From: Steroidobacteraceae bacterium | GTDB taxonomy: Bacteria; Pseudomonadota; Gammaproteobacteria; Steroidobacterales; Steroidobacteraceae | Reading direction: 5' to 3' | Assembly: GCA_046347155.1 (NCBI GenBank) | Contig: JAXMGT010000001.1 | Location: forward strand, 1,050,458-1,114,457 | DNA length: 64,000 bases | In this document: piece after piece, positions 41,820 to 51,678 of the stretch | Layout of the letters: each line of letters starts with the position of its first letter | How positions within the stretch are numbered: position 1 is the stretch's first letter | Position numbers and translations under genes: made by a program | The notes under the pieces: generated by a model | What the model saw: the letters and a program-made list of their open reading frames with translations, nothing else | What the model was told of the DNA's origin: nothing | Databases searched by the model: none

Positions 41820-42305
41820 TTACTTGGCCAGAGGGATCAATTGTACCGCCTGCCAGTCGAGCAGCGTCGTCAGCTTGTTCTCGATCTGCACGAAACGCAG
41901 CACCTTGGTGGCCGGCAGCACCTTTTCGAGCTTTCGGGCGTACTTCGCCAGCACGTCGGTGCGTTCCTTGCGGAGCTTGAAGGCCTCATCGAGCAGCTTC
42001 TTCGCGTCGGCGTCGGTCATCGAGTCGTACGTCGCGGCGTACTTGTTCACCAGATCGCCGTTGCGCTGGACCAGCTTCTTCATCTCCGCCTGGTACTGGT
42101 CGTAGACGGGCACGAACGCCTTCATCTGGTCGTCGGACAGGTTCATCGTCTTCAGCACGACCGCGCGCTTGTCGGTCTGGATCTGGCTGATGAGCAGCTG
42201 GTCCTGGTCGGTCATGTTGACCGTGTCCTGCGCGACCGCGGCATCCGCCGCGCCGAGTGCCAGCACCGCGACCGCGGCGAGCAGCGTGTTCGTCTTCCTG
42301 TTCAT
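41820..42305 (-). CDS. Periplasmic helical protein, Spy/CpxP-like (LTxxQ-type motifs), paralog 1
   Basis: Signal peptide, MNLSDDQMKAF and SMTDADAKKLL motifs, all-helical Lys/Glu-rich composition. Confidence 0.6.
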   Translation of the reverse strand: MNRKTNTLLAAVAVLALGAADAAVAQDTVNMTDQDQLLISQIQTDKRAVVLKTMNLSDDQMKAFVPVYDQYQAEMKKLVQRNGDLVNKYAATYDSMTDADAKKLLDEAFKLRKERTDVLAKYARKLEKVLPATKVLRFVQIENKLTTLLDWQAVQLIPLAK

Positions 42306-42339
42306 GGTCGTGTCCGTGGTCCGGTGGGCTCGCGGCGGC

Positions 42340-42819
42340 TCAGCGCGCGAGCGGGAGGATCGTGTAGAGATTGCGGAGCTGCAGGTTGCGGATGCGGGCG
42401 TCGAGCTGCGAGAAGCGCAGCGCCTGCTTGCCCGGAAGCACCTTGGCGACCTTGTCGCAGTACTCGACCCGCAGGTCCGTGCGCTTCCTGTCGATCGCCA
42501 GGCGCTCCTTGAGCATCGTCAGGGCCTGGGCGTCGGTGAGCGTTTCGTACTTCGCGGCGTAGTCGTTGATGAGCTCGAGGAACCGGTCGTCGAGCTTCTT
42601 CGACCTGGCCTCGTAGTCGTCGTAGATCGGCCAGAACGCCTTGCTCTGCGCCTCGGTGAGGTCGAGGTAGCGGGCGAAGACGCCGCGCTTGTCGTTCTGG
42701 ATCTGCTTGAGCAGGATCTGCTCGTCCGCCGTGGTGGACATCGTGTCCTGGGCCTGGGAGACGAGGGGTGCGGCGGTGACCAGGAGGGCCATCGCCAGGT
42801 GGGCCAGTTTCATGCGCAA
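42340..42819 (-). CDS. Periplasmic helical protein, Spy/CpxP-like (LTxxQ motifs), paralog 2
   Basis: Signal peptide, LDLTEAQSKAF and TLTDAQALTML motifs. By eye, roughly 40% identical to the adjacent gene, with a shared C-terminal VLP...LRF.Q...LPLA(K/R). Confidence 0.6.
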   Translation of the reverse strand: MRMKLAHLAMALLVTAAPLVSQAQDTMSTTADEQILLKQIQNDKRGVFARYLDLTEAQSKAFWPIYDDYEARSKKLDDRFLELINDYAAKYETLTDAQALTMLKERLAIDRKRTDLRVEYCDKVAKVLPGKQALRFSQLDARIRNLQLRNLYTILPLAR

Positions 42820-42896
42820 CCTGCGTGTTGGTGGGTCCAGATCGGCACGGTAGGACAGCCGCCAAGGACTGTCCAGAGGCGTCTAGAATCCTGCGG

Positions 42897-43397
42897 ATGA
42901 CCTCTCCAATTGACCCCGAGATCATGGACCGGGTCCAGCGCGTGGCGACGGGCCTCGGCGGCCGCGGCGGGTCCCTGGTGACCGCCGAATCGTGCACCGG
43001 GGGGTGGGTCGCGAAAGCCTGCACGGACCTGCCGGGCAGCAGTGCGTGGTTCGCGGGCGGCGTGGTCGCCTACACCAATCCGCTGAAGGTCGCGCTGCTT
43101 GGCGTCCGGGTCGAAACGCTCGCGACCCACGGCGCGGTCAGCGAGGCCGTGGTCCGCGAAATGGCTGCCGGCGCCCTCGAGCGCCTCGGTGGCACGGTCG
43201 GCGTCGCGGTCAGCGGCATCGCCGGGCCCGACGGCGGCAGTCCCGGCAAGCCCGTCGGCACCGTCTGGTTCGCGTGGGCGCGCCGGGTCGGGACGGCCCT
43301 CGAGGTCCGAACCGAGCGGGCGCTGTTCTCCGGCGACCGGGCGGCCGTGCGTCGGCAGGCCGTGATCCGGGCGCTCGACGGGGTGCTCGCCCCTTGA
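42897..43397 (+). CDS. pncC: Nicotinamide-nucleotide amidohydrolase PncC (CinA C-terminal domain)
   Basis: 166 aa. TAESCTGGWVA and GIAGPDGG motifs. Confidence 0.88.
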   Translation: MTSPIDPEIMDRVQRVATGLGGRGGSLVTAESCTGGWVAKACTDLPGSSAWFAGGVVAYTNPLKVALLGVRVETLATHGAVSEAVVREMAAGALERLGGTVGVAVSGIAGPDGGSPGKPVGTVWFAWARRVGTALEVRTERALFSGDRAAVRRQAVIRALDGVLAP

Positions 43398-43960
43398 GTC
43401 CGCCCAACGACCCCGCTCGGCCGCGCGGGCCGTCGCGCCGGCTGTTCTTCGCGCTGTGGCCGGATGCCGGGGCCCGCGCATCGCTCGCGCTTGCGATCGA
43501 GCGCTGCGTTCCGGCACGGGACTGCCGGCCCCAGCGACCCGACCAGTGGCACGTCACGCTGCAGTTCCTCGGCGACGTGCCGGACGCGCGGCTGCTCGAG
43601 GTGCGCTCGGCCGGCGCCGAGACGGCCGCCGCTGGCCGGCCGGCCGCATTCGAACTCGACCGGCTGGAGCACTGGGCCCGCCCGGAGGTGCTCTGCCTCG
43701 CGGCGACCTCGGTGCCGGAGTCACTCACGGCGATGGTGCAACGGCTGCGGGCCGCACTGCGCGCGCGGGGCTTCGAGCCCGATGGACGACCCTGGAAGCC
43801 GCACGCGACCCTTGCGCGCGGCGTCGTGCGGGCGCCGCCGGCCCCCGACTGGCTCGCGCCGGTGCGATTCCCGGTGCAGCGCATCGCGCTCGTCCAGTCC
43901 GTGACGGACCGGTCGGGCGCGCGCTACGTCGAGATCGACGGCTGGGACCTGCCGGGCTGA
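43394..43960 (+). CDS. thpR: RNA 2',3'-cyclic phosphodiesterase (2'-5' RNA ligase, ThpR/LigT)
   Basis: Two HxTL motifs (HVTLQF, HATLAR) and an RLFFALWP N-terminus. The only in-frame start upstream of these motifs is TTG at 43394, overlapping the pncC stop (TTGA). Confidence 0.8.
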   Translation: MSPPNDPARPRGPSRRLFFALWPDAGARASLALAIERCVPARDCRPQRPDQWHVTLQFLGDVPDARLLEVRSAGAETAAAGRPAAFELDRLEHWARPEVLCLAATSVPESLTAMVQRLRAALRARGFEPDGRPWKPHATLARGVVRAPPAPDWLAPVRFPVQRIALVQSVTDRSGARYVEIDGWDLPG

Positions 43961-44128
43961 AGTCGCGGCGGGCTCATCCGGTGAGCCCGGAGCCGGGCAG
44001 ACTGCGGGCAGATTGTGGACGGACCGATGATTTATTCGCCCGGCGGGTGCGCGGACGCTGTGGAATAATGCGCCCCTTCCCGGATTCCAACACCTGAGCG
44101 GGCCCGGCGGGCCCCAGCGAGCAACGCA

Positions 44129-45140
<1,012 letters not shown>

Positions 45141-45163
<23 letters not shown>

Positions 45164-45635
45164 TCCCTCGGCCGGCGAGGCCGACCCACGGGCCATCCGC
45201 ACCGCCGCACTCGCGCTCCTCGCCGGGCGCGAGTTCGGCCGCGTGGAGCTCGAGCGGCGCCTGCTCGGGCGCGGCTACCCGGCCGACGGCGTCACCGCCG
45301 TCGTCGACGGGCTGGCCGCCGAGCGGCTGCTGTCGGAATCACGGTTCGTCGAGCAGTTCGTCCACCAGCACGCCCGCCGCGGCCACGGGGTCGTGCGCAT
45401 CCGGGCCGGGTTGCGTGAGCGCGGCGTCGGGCCGGACGAGATCGAGGCCGGACTCGATGCGGCGGGCGAAGACTGGATCGCCATCGCCCGCGAGGTTCGC
45501 CGCCGGCGGTTCGGGGTGTCGCCGCCCGGCGACTACCGGGAGCGTGCAAGACAGGCGCGCTTCCTCCAATATCGCGGGTTTTCCGCCGACGAGATCCGGG
45601 CCGCCCTCGGCCCGGGTGACGACCCCGAGACATGA
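45141..45635 (+). CDS. recX: Recombination regulator RecX
   Basis: Three-repeat helical RecX pattern (A..LL..R..S..EL..KL, RF.E.F...R...G.G...I...L...G, RFL..RGF). The GTG at 45141 gives 164 aa. The ATG at 45072 would overlap recA by 92 nt. Confidence 0.85.
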
Positions 45636-48280
45636 GCAAGACCAGGCCTGAATCGCAGATGGGCAGCGCGGAACTCCGCGCGGCGTTCCTCGATTTCTTC
45701 AAGGGGCACGGGCACACCGTCGTCCCGTCGAGTTCGCTGGTGCCGGGCAACGACCCGACGCTGCTGTTCACGAACGCGGGCATGGTCCAGTTCAAGGACG
45801 TGTTCCTCGGCAAGGATGTCCGCGGCTACGTCCGGGCGGCGAGCTCGCAGCGCTGCGTGCGTGCCGGCGGCAAGCACAACGACCTCGAGAACGTCGGCTA
45901 CACGGCCCGGCACCACACGTTCTTCGAGATGCTGGGCAACTTCAGCTTCGGCGACTACTTCAAGCGCGACGCGATCCGCTACGCATGGGAGTTCGTCACC
46001 GGCGGGGACTGGCTCGGCATCGACCCGTCGAAGCTGATGGTCACCGTCTATCACACGGACGACGAAGCCTTCGATATCTGGCACCAGGTCGTCGGCCTGC
46101 CGAAGGACCGGATCGTGCGCATCGGCGACAAGCCGGGCGGCGGCTCCGACAACTTCTGGCAGATGGGCGAGACGGGGCCCTGCGGGCCGTGCACCGAGAT
46201 CTTCTACGACCACGGGCCCGGCATCCCGGGCGGACCGCCGGGGTCCGAGGACGCCGACGGCGACCGCTGGATCGAGATCTGGAACCTGGTGTTCATGCAG
46301 TTCGACCGCTCGGCCGACGGCACGCTCACGCCGCTGCCGAAGCCGTCGGTGGACACCGGCATGGGCCTCGAGCGTGTCGCGGCCGTGATGCAGGGCGTGC
46401 ACAGCAACTACGAGATCGACCTGTTCCGCGACCTGATCCGCGCCGCCGCGGACGCGACGGGCACGAAGGACCTCGCCGCCAACTCGCTCAAGGTGATCGC
46501 CGACCACATCCGCGCGACGTCGTTCCTGATCGCCGACGGCGTGCAGCCGTCGAACGAAGGCCGCGGCTACGTGCTGCGCCGGATCATGCGCCGCGCGATC
46601 CGCCACGGATTCATGCTCGGCCAGCGCAAGCCGTTCTTCTACCGGTTCGTCGAAGCGCTCGAGCGCGAGATGGGCGCCGCGTACCCGGAACTCACGAGCC
46701 AGCGCGCGCACATCGAGCGGGTGATCCTGCAGGAAGAGGAGCGCTTCGCGGAGACGCTCACGCAGGGGATGGCGCTGCTCGACGAGGCGATCTCGGGGCT
46801 CAGCGGCCGCGAGATCCCGGGCGAGACCGTGTTCAAGCTGTACGACACCTACGGGTTCCCGGTCGACCTGACGAACGACATCGCGCGTGAAAAAGGTCTC
46901 GCGCTGGACGAGGCCGGGTTCGAGCGGGCGATGGAAGAGCAGCGCGCCCGTGCGCGTGCGGCGAGCAAGTTCGGCGTCGACCTGCGGGCCGACGTCAAGG
47001 TCGAGGGCGAAACCCGCTTCACGGGCTACGAGTCCGAGCGCGGTACCGGCCGCGTCGTGGAGATCTTCCGCGGCAAGGCGCCCGTGCAGGCGCTCGAGCC
47101 GGGCGAGGAAGGGCAGGTGGTGCTCGATGCGACGCCGTTCTATGCGGAGAGCGGCGGCCAGGTCGGCGATCGCGGCGTGCTCGCGGCCGGTGCGGCCCGG
47201 TTCACGGTCGCCGACACACATAAGCTCGGCAAGGCGCACGTCCACGTCGGGCGGCTCGAGGGCGGAACACTCCGGGTCGGCGACGCGGTCGAGGCCACGG
47301 TGGACCACGCCCGGCGCCAGGCCACGCGACTCAATCACACGGCCACGCACCTGCTCCACGCGGCGCTGCGCCGGGTGCTCGGAACCCACGTGACGCAGAA
47401 GGGCTCGCTCGTCTCGCCGGAGCGCCTGCGCTTCGACTTCGCGCACTACGCGGGCGTCACGCCCGAGGAACTCCGCGAGATCGAGCGGCTCGTCAACGCC
47501 GAGGTCCGAGCGAACGCGGCCGCCGAAACCCGGCTCATGAAGTACGACGACGCGGTCGCCGCCGGCGCGATGGCGCTGTTCGGCGAGAAGTACGAGGACG
47601 AGGTTCGCGTGCTCCGCGTCGGTGAATTCTCGACCGAGCTGTGCGGCGGCACGCACGCGAGTCGCGCGGGCGACATCGGCATGTTCCGGATCGTGAGCGA
47701 GGGCGGCGTCGCGGCCGGCGTGCGCAGGATCGAGGCCGTGACCGGCGAGGGTGCGCTCGATCACGTGGTCGCGACCGACCAGAAACTGCGCGACGTGGCC
47801 GGCGTCGTGAAGGCGACGCGCGACGACGTCGAGGACAAGGTGAGGCAGCTCGCGGACCGCGCGCGTCGCCTCGAGAAGGAGATCGCGCAGCTCAAGGACC
47901 GGCTCGCGAGCGGCCAGGGGCGCGACCTCGCGGCCGACGCGGTGAGCGTGGGCGGCGCTCAGGTGCTAGCGACCACGATCGAGGGCGCCGACGCGGCCGC
48001 GCTCCGAAACGCGGTGGACCAGCTGAAGGGCAAGCTCGGCAGTGCCGTGATCGTGCTCGGATCCGTGGACGAATCGGGCAAGGTCGTGCTCATCGCCGGC
48101 GTGACGCCGGACCTCACGGCGCGCGTGAAGGCCGGCGAACTCGCGAATTTCGTCGCCGCGCAGGTCGGCGGCAAGGGCGGCGGGCGTCCCGACCTCGCGC
48201 AGGCGGGTGGCACGAAGCCGGAGCACCTCGGGCCCGCGCTCGCGAGCGTGGCGGGCTGGGCCGGCGAGCGGCTCGGCTGA
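45632..48280 (+). CDS. alaS: Alanine--tRNA ligase
   Basis: 882 aa. [20 protein letters not shown], the editing-domain HTATHLLH, and CGGTH. ATGA overlap with recX. Confidence 0.98.
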   Translation: MSKTRPESQMGSAELRAAFLDFFKGHGHTVVPSSSLVPGNDPTLLFTNAGMVQFKDVFLGKDVRGYVRAASSQRCVRAGGKHNDLENVGYTARHHTFFEMLGNFSFGDYFKRDAIRYAWEFVTGGDWLGIDPSKLMVTVYHTDDEAFDIWHQVVGLPKDRIVRIGDKPGGGSDNFWQMGETGPCGPCTEIFYDHGPGIPGGPPGSEDADGDRWIEIWNLVFMQFDRSADGTLTPLPKPSVDTGMGLERVAAVMQGVHSNYEIDLFRDLIRAAADATGTKDLAANSLKVIADHIRATSFLIADGVQPSNEGRGYVLRRIMRRAIRHGFMLGQRKPFFYRFVEALEREMGAAYPELTSQRAHIERVILQEEERFAETLTQGMALLDEAISGLSGREIPGETVFKLYDTYGFPVDLTNDIAREKGLALDEAGFERAMEEQRARARAASKFGVDLRADVKVEGETRFTGYESERGTGRVVEIFRGKAPVQALEPGEEGQVVLDATPFYAESGGQVGDRGVLAAGAARFTVADTHKLGKAHVHVGRLEGGTLRVGDAVEATVDHARRQATRLNHTATHLLHAALRRVLGTHVTQKGSLVSPERLRFDFAHYAGVTPEELREIERLVNAEVRANAAAETRLMKYDDAVAAGAMALFGEKYEDEVRVLRVGEFSTELCGGTHASRAGDIGMFRIVSEGGVAAGVRRIEAVTGEGALDHVVATDQKLRDVAGVVKATRDDVEDKVRQLADRARRLEKEIAQLKDRLASGQGRDLAADAVSVGGAQVLATTIEGADAAALRNAVDQLKGKLGSAVIVLGSVDESGKVVLIAGVTPDLTARVKAGELANFVAAQVGGKGGGRPDLAQAGGTKPEHLGPALASVAGWAGERLG

Positions 48281-48305
48281 ATCGGGCGCCTGTCGGCGTC
48301 GATTG

Positions 48306-48344
48306 TCCGGACATCTTTCCGGTTGCGATCCGGGCTGATTTTTT
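48306..48344 (+). terminator. Weak intrinsic terminator after alaS
   Basis: Short alternative hairpins (TCCGG-N8-CCGG / CCGG-TTGCGAT-CCGG) followed by TTTTTT at 48339..48344. Confidence 0.35.
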
Positions 48345-48536
48345 CGCCGTTACCGAGTATCTTTGTCGAGGCTTCGTGACTTGCGTGCGGCGAGTTCCGC
48401 GCGGACCACGAGCGCGCGATTCGCGATCGGAATTCGCCAACAGAAGAACACGCAGGCGAGCGCGGGGCGACCTTTGGCGACGTCGAGGGGTGACCGTCGC
48501 GGAGACTGAGAACCGGCCAAAGGCCAGGAGCAAAGG

Positions 48537-48743
48537 ATGTTGATTCTCACGCGACGCGTGGGCGAGACGGTGATGATCGGGAATGAGGTCACCGTCACCG
48601 TCCTCGGAGTGAAGGGCAACCAGGTGCGCATCGGCGTCAACGCGCCGCGCGACGTGGCCGTGCACCGCGAAGAAATCTTCGAGCGCATCAAGCGCGAGGA
48701 AACCGGCGGACCCGAAGGGGGCGGCCGCGACCCGCACTCCTGA
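48537..48743 (+). CDS. csrA: Carbon storage regulator CsrA
   Basis: [44 protein letters not shown] is near-canonical CsrA. 68 aa. Confidence 0.95.
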   Translation: MLILTRRVGETVMIGNEVTVTVLGVKGNQVRIGVNAPRDVAVHREEIFERIKREETGGPEGGGRDPHS

Positions 48744-48867
48744 GCGCCGGGGCCCCGCCCCTGGGCCCGGCCGGCCACCCCTGCAGCGCCCGCCGACCCG
48801 GCTCCCGGACCGTCGGAGCTTTACGGAATCCAACGATCCGGCTATCCTTCGCGGCTCTCTGCATGCC

Positions 48868-48958
48868 GGAGAGATGGCCGAGTGGTCGAAGGCGCACCCC
48901 TGCTAAGGGTGTAAGGGTCAAAAGCCCTTCGAGGGTTCGAATCCCTCTCTCTCCGCCA
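48868..48958 (+). tRNA. tRNA-Ser (anticodon GCT)
   Basis: Cloverleaf folded by hand: acceptor GGAGAGA/TCTCTCC, anticodon stem CACCC/GGGTG with loop CTGCTAA, long variable arm, T-arm GAGGG-TTCGAAT-CCCTC, encoded CCA. Confidence 0.95.
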
Positions 48959-48977
48959 GTAGAATTTCTGAAAAGAC

Positions 48978-49054
48978 GCGCCCGTAGCTCAGTTGGATAG
49001 AGTGTCTGGCTACGAACCAGAAGGTCGGGAGTTCGAATCTCTCCGGGCGCGCCA
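48978..49054 (+). tRNA. tRNA-Arg (anticodon ACG)
   Basis: Acceptor GCGCCCG/CGGGCGC, anticodon stem TCTGG/CCAGA with loop CTACGAA, T-loop TTCGAAT, encoded CCA. Confidence 0.95.
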
Positions 49055-49065
49055 GTGAAGCGCAG

Positions 49066-49100
49066 ATGGGTCACCTGCCAAGGTGGCCCATTTTCGTTTC
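49066..49100. terminator. Rho-independent terminator after the tRNA genes (possibly bidirectional)
   Basis: ATGGGTCACC-TGCCAA-GGTGGCCCAT, a 10-bp stem with one G-U pair, followed by TTTTCGTTT. It sits between the tRNA-Arg gene and the convergent methyltransferase gene. Confidence 0.6.
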
Positions 49101-49111
49101 CGCCGGGCTCC

Positions 49112-49894
49112 TCACGCGCTGGCGGTGACCACGACCTGTCGGCCGGGCACGACGATCGTTCCGTCGGCGGCGACATGGCGGCCGAGTGCGTCGAGCGTCT
49201 CCGCCCACGTCGCCGGCACCGCCGCCTCGGGCAGACGGCCGAAGAGTTCGCCGAGCGAACGTGACGCGCGGAGCGACGACTCGAGCGACGCCAGAGACGG
49301 GTAGGTCCGTCGCACGGGCACCTCGATCCGCCGGACCTGCTCGAACCCGCAGCCAGCCAGCACTTCCGCGACGTCGTCCGCCGAGACCTCGAACGCGGCC
49401 GCGTACTCGGGCAGTGGCGGCGACAGCGTCGCGCGCCGGCGCACGGCCGCGAGCGGGATCGCGTGGAAGGGCTCGTGTTCCAGCGCCGCGTACACGGATG
49501 CGACGAAGCGCCCTCCCCGGCGCAGCAGGCGGCGAACGCGGGTGAGGGCGCGGTCGAGGTCCGAGAAGTACATCACCGAATTCCGCGCGACGACGGCGTC
49601 GAACTCGCCGTCGAGCGCCAGTGATTCGGCCGAGCCGAGCACGGCCCGGATGCTCGCGGCGCCTGGCTCGGACGCCTGCCGGGCAATCGCGGCGACGGCG
49701 TCCGGCGACGGGTCCACGGCGACGACGGTGCCGGTCGGGCCGACGCACCCCGCGAGCCGGACTGCGAACTGTCCGGAGCCGGCACCGAGGTCGAGTACGC
49801 GCTCGCCTCGGGCGAGCGCCGCGGCTTCGAGCATTGCGACGCTCACCGGTTCGAGCGATTCCGCCCAGGCCGAGACCGCCGCTTCGGCGCTCAC
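49112..49894 (-). CDS. Class I SAM-dependent methyltransferase
   Basis: 260 aa. Motif I VLDLGAGSG and post-I VVAVDPS. The GTG start overlaps the SDR stop (GTGA at 49891..49894). Confidence 0.8.
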   Translation of the reverse strand: MSAEAAVSAWAESLEPVSVAMLEAAALARGERVLDLGAGSGQFAVRLAGCVGPTGTVVAVDPSPDAVAAIARQASEPGAASIRAVLGSAESLALDGEFDAVVARNSVMYFSDLDRALTRVRRLLRRGGRFVASVYAALEHEPFHAIPLAAVRRRATLSPPLPEYAAAFEVSADDVAEVLAGCGFEQVRRIEVPVRRTYPSLASLESSLRASRSLGELFGRLPEAAVPATWAETLDALGRHVAADGTIVVPGRQVVVTASA

Positions 49895-50718
49895 GGCAGG
49901 TAGCCGCTGCGCCTGGCCCCGGCGACGATCAGCCGCCGCGCGAGCCTCCGGGACAACCGGCTCATCCGGTGTGCGATCGTGGCCATCGGGCCCACTGGCA
50001 GCAGTATCGCGTCGCGCTCTATACCCCGTACGATCCCCTCGGCGACGACCGAGGGGTGGCAGCCTTCCTCGACGTAGTAGCGCGAGAGCCGTTCGAGTTG
50101 CGCGGGCGCGAGGCCCGGCGCGTGTCCACTCGTGCCGATCAGCGGCGTGTTGATGATCCCCGGGCAGACGATCATCACGGACACGGGCGCGTCGTGGAGT
50201 TCCAGTGCAAGGACCTCGGAGAGGCCGATCACCGCGTGTTTCGAGGCGGCGTAAGCCGACATGTTCGGCGCCGGCGCGTAGCCTGCGGTCGAGGCCACGT
50301 TGACGATCTTGCGTTCGCCGCCGGCCGCGAGCATCGACGGCAGGAATGCACGAACGCAGTGCACCGTGCCCATGACGTTCACCTCGTGGATGCGCCGCCA
50401 GCGCTCGAGCGGCGTCTCGAGGAATCCGCCCAGGTAGGCGATGCCGGCGTTGTTCACCAGCACGTCGAGCGGGCCGCACCGCTCCTGCACGCGAGCTGCC
50501 ATCGCTTCGACGGCGTCGACGTCCGACACGTCACAGGCGACGGTCGTGCACTCGGCACCCAGTGCGCGGATCGCCTCGCCGGCACGTTCGAGCGCGTCGG
50601 CGTTCACGTCGCTCACGACCAGCCGCGCGCCGCGCCGCGCGAGCGCCAGCGCGGTCTCGAGGCCGATCCCGGAGGCGGCGCCCGTCACGAGCATCAGTCG
50701 TCCGGCCAGCTGTTTCAT
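49891..50718 (-). CDS. Short-chain dehydrogenase/reductase (SDR)
   Basis: 275 aa. TGAASGIG, NNAG, and the S...YxxxK catalytic triad (YAASK). Its start shares 1 nt with the HDAC stop (TGATG). Confidence 0.9.
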   Translation of the reverse strand: MKQLAGRLMLVTGAASGIGLETALALARRGARLVVSDVNADALERAGEAIRALGAECTTVACDVSDVDAVEAMAARVQERCGPLDVLVNNAGIAYLGGFLETPLERWRRIHEVNVMGTVHCVRAFLPSMLAAGGERKIVNVASTAGYAPAPNMSAYAASKHAVIGLSEVLALELHDAPVSVMIVCPGIINTPLIGTSGHAPGLAPAQLERLSRYYVEEGCHPSVVAEGIVRGIERDAILLPVGPMATIAHRMSRLSRRLARRLIVAGARRSGYLP

Positions 50719-51650
50719 CAGGGGTTCCTCCGCGACATCAGCGCGGCCACGTGCGCGGCGCCGGACTTGCCGAGTGCCGGCAGGTCGTAGCCGCCCTCGA
50801 GCGTCGAGACCAGCCGTCCGCCCGAATGCCGGTCCGCGACCGAACAGGCCGCCTCGGTCACCCAGCCGTAGTCCTCGGTCGCGAGCATCAGCTCGGCCAG
50901 CGGGTCGGCGGCGTGCGCGTCGAACCCGGCCGAGATGAAGACCATCTCGGGCGCGAAGGCCTCGAGCGCGGGCAGCCAGCGGCTCTCGACCGCGGACCTG
51001 AACTCGTGGCTGCCGGCGCCCGCCGGCAGCGGGCAGTTGACGATGTGGCCCGGCACCGAGGGTGGGTCCATGTCCGGGTACAGCGGGTACTGGTACAGCG
51101 AACAGATGAGCACGCGCGGGTCGTCCCGGAAGATGTCTTCGGTGCCGTTCCCGAGGTGCACGTCGAAGTCGAGCACCGCAACGCGCGACAGGCCGTGGTG
51201 GGACAGCGCGTGTGCGGCGCCGGCCGCGACGTTGTTGAAGAAGCAGAAGCCCATCGCCCGGGCGCGCTCGGCGTGGTGGCCGGGCGGCCGCACGTTGCAG
51301 AACGCTCGCGTCGCGCGTCCCGCCATCACGAGGTCGACGGCGAACAGGTTCGCGCCGGCCGCGCGCAGCGCCGCCTCGAGCGTCTCCGGGCACATCGCCG
51401 TGTCGGGGTCGAGCCGCTCGAGTCCGGCCGCCGGCGACCTCGAGCGCACGTATTCGACGTACTCGGGCGGATGCACGCGGGCGAGCTGCACGTCGGTCGC
51501 ACGCGGCGCCTCGTAGTGCGAGAGGAAATCGTGCAGTCCCTGCAGCCGGAGCTCCTCGGCGATCGCGTTCACGCGCGCCGGCTGCTCCGGGTGGCCGGGG
51601 CCCATCTGGTGCAGCCGGCAGGCCGGATGCGAGATGAACGCGACGGTCAA
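50718..51650 (-). CDS. Histone deacetylase-family (arginase-fold) amidohydrolase
   Basis: 310 aa. HPE.P.R, RPPGHHA, DFDVHLGNGT and EGGY motifs. Confidence 0.9.
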   Translation of the reverse strand: MTVAFISHPACRLHQMGPGHPEQPARVNAIAEELRLQGLHDFLSHYEAPRATDVQLARVHPPEYVEYVRSRSPAAGLERLDPDTAMCPETLEAALRAAGANLFAVDLVMAGRATRAFCNVRPPGHHAERARAMGFCFFNNVAAGAAHALSHHGLSRVAVLDFDVHLGNGTEDIFRDDPRVLICSLYQYPLYPDMDPPSVPGHIVNCPLPAGAGSHEFRSAVESRWLPALEAFAPEMVFISAGFDAHAADPLAELMLATEDYGWVTEAACSVADRHSGGRLVSTLEGGYDLPALGKSGAAHVAALMSRRNP

Positions 51651-51678
51651 CCCGGCACCCCGCGCGGCGTCGCGGCGT

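Noticed and set aside
44040-44075. Possible LexA/SOS box in the recA promoter (CTGTGGAATAATGCGC)
   Set aside because: Only the CTGT half-site matches. The second half is GCGC, not ACAG. I kept this as the observation that no canonical box is visible, not as a feature.
49055-51650. Genomic island integrated at tRNA-Arg
   Set aside because: No integrase, no direct repeat of the tRNA 3' end downstream, and no visible compositional break. The flanking genes look like ordinary metabolic and efflux genes.
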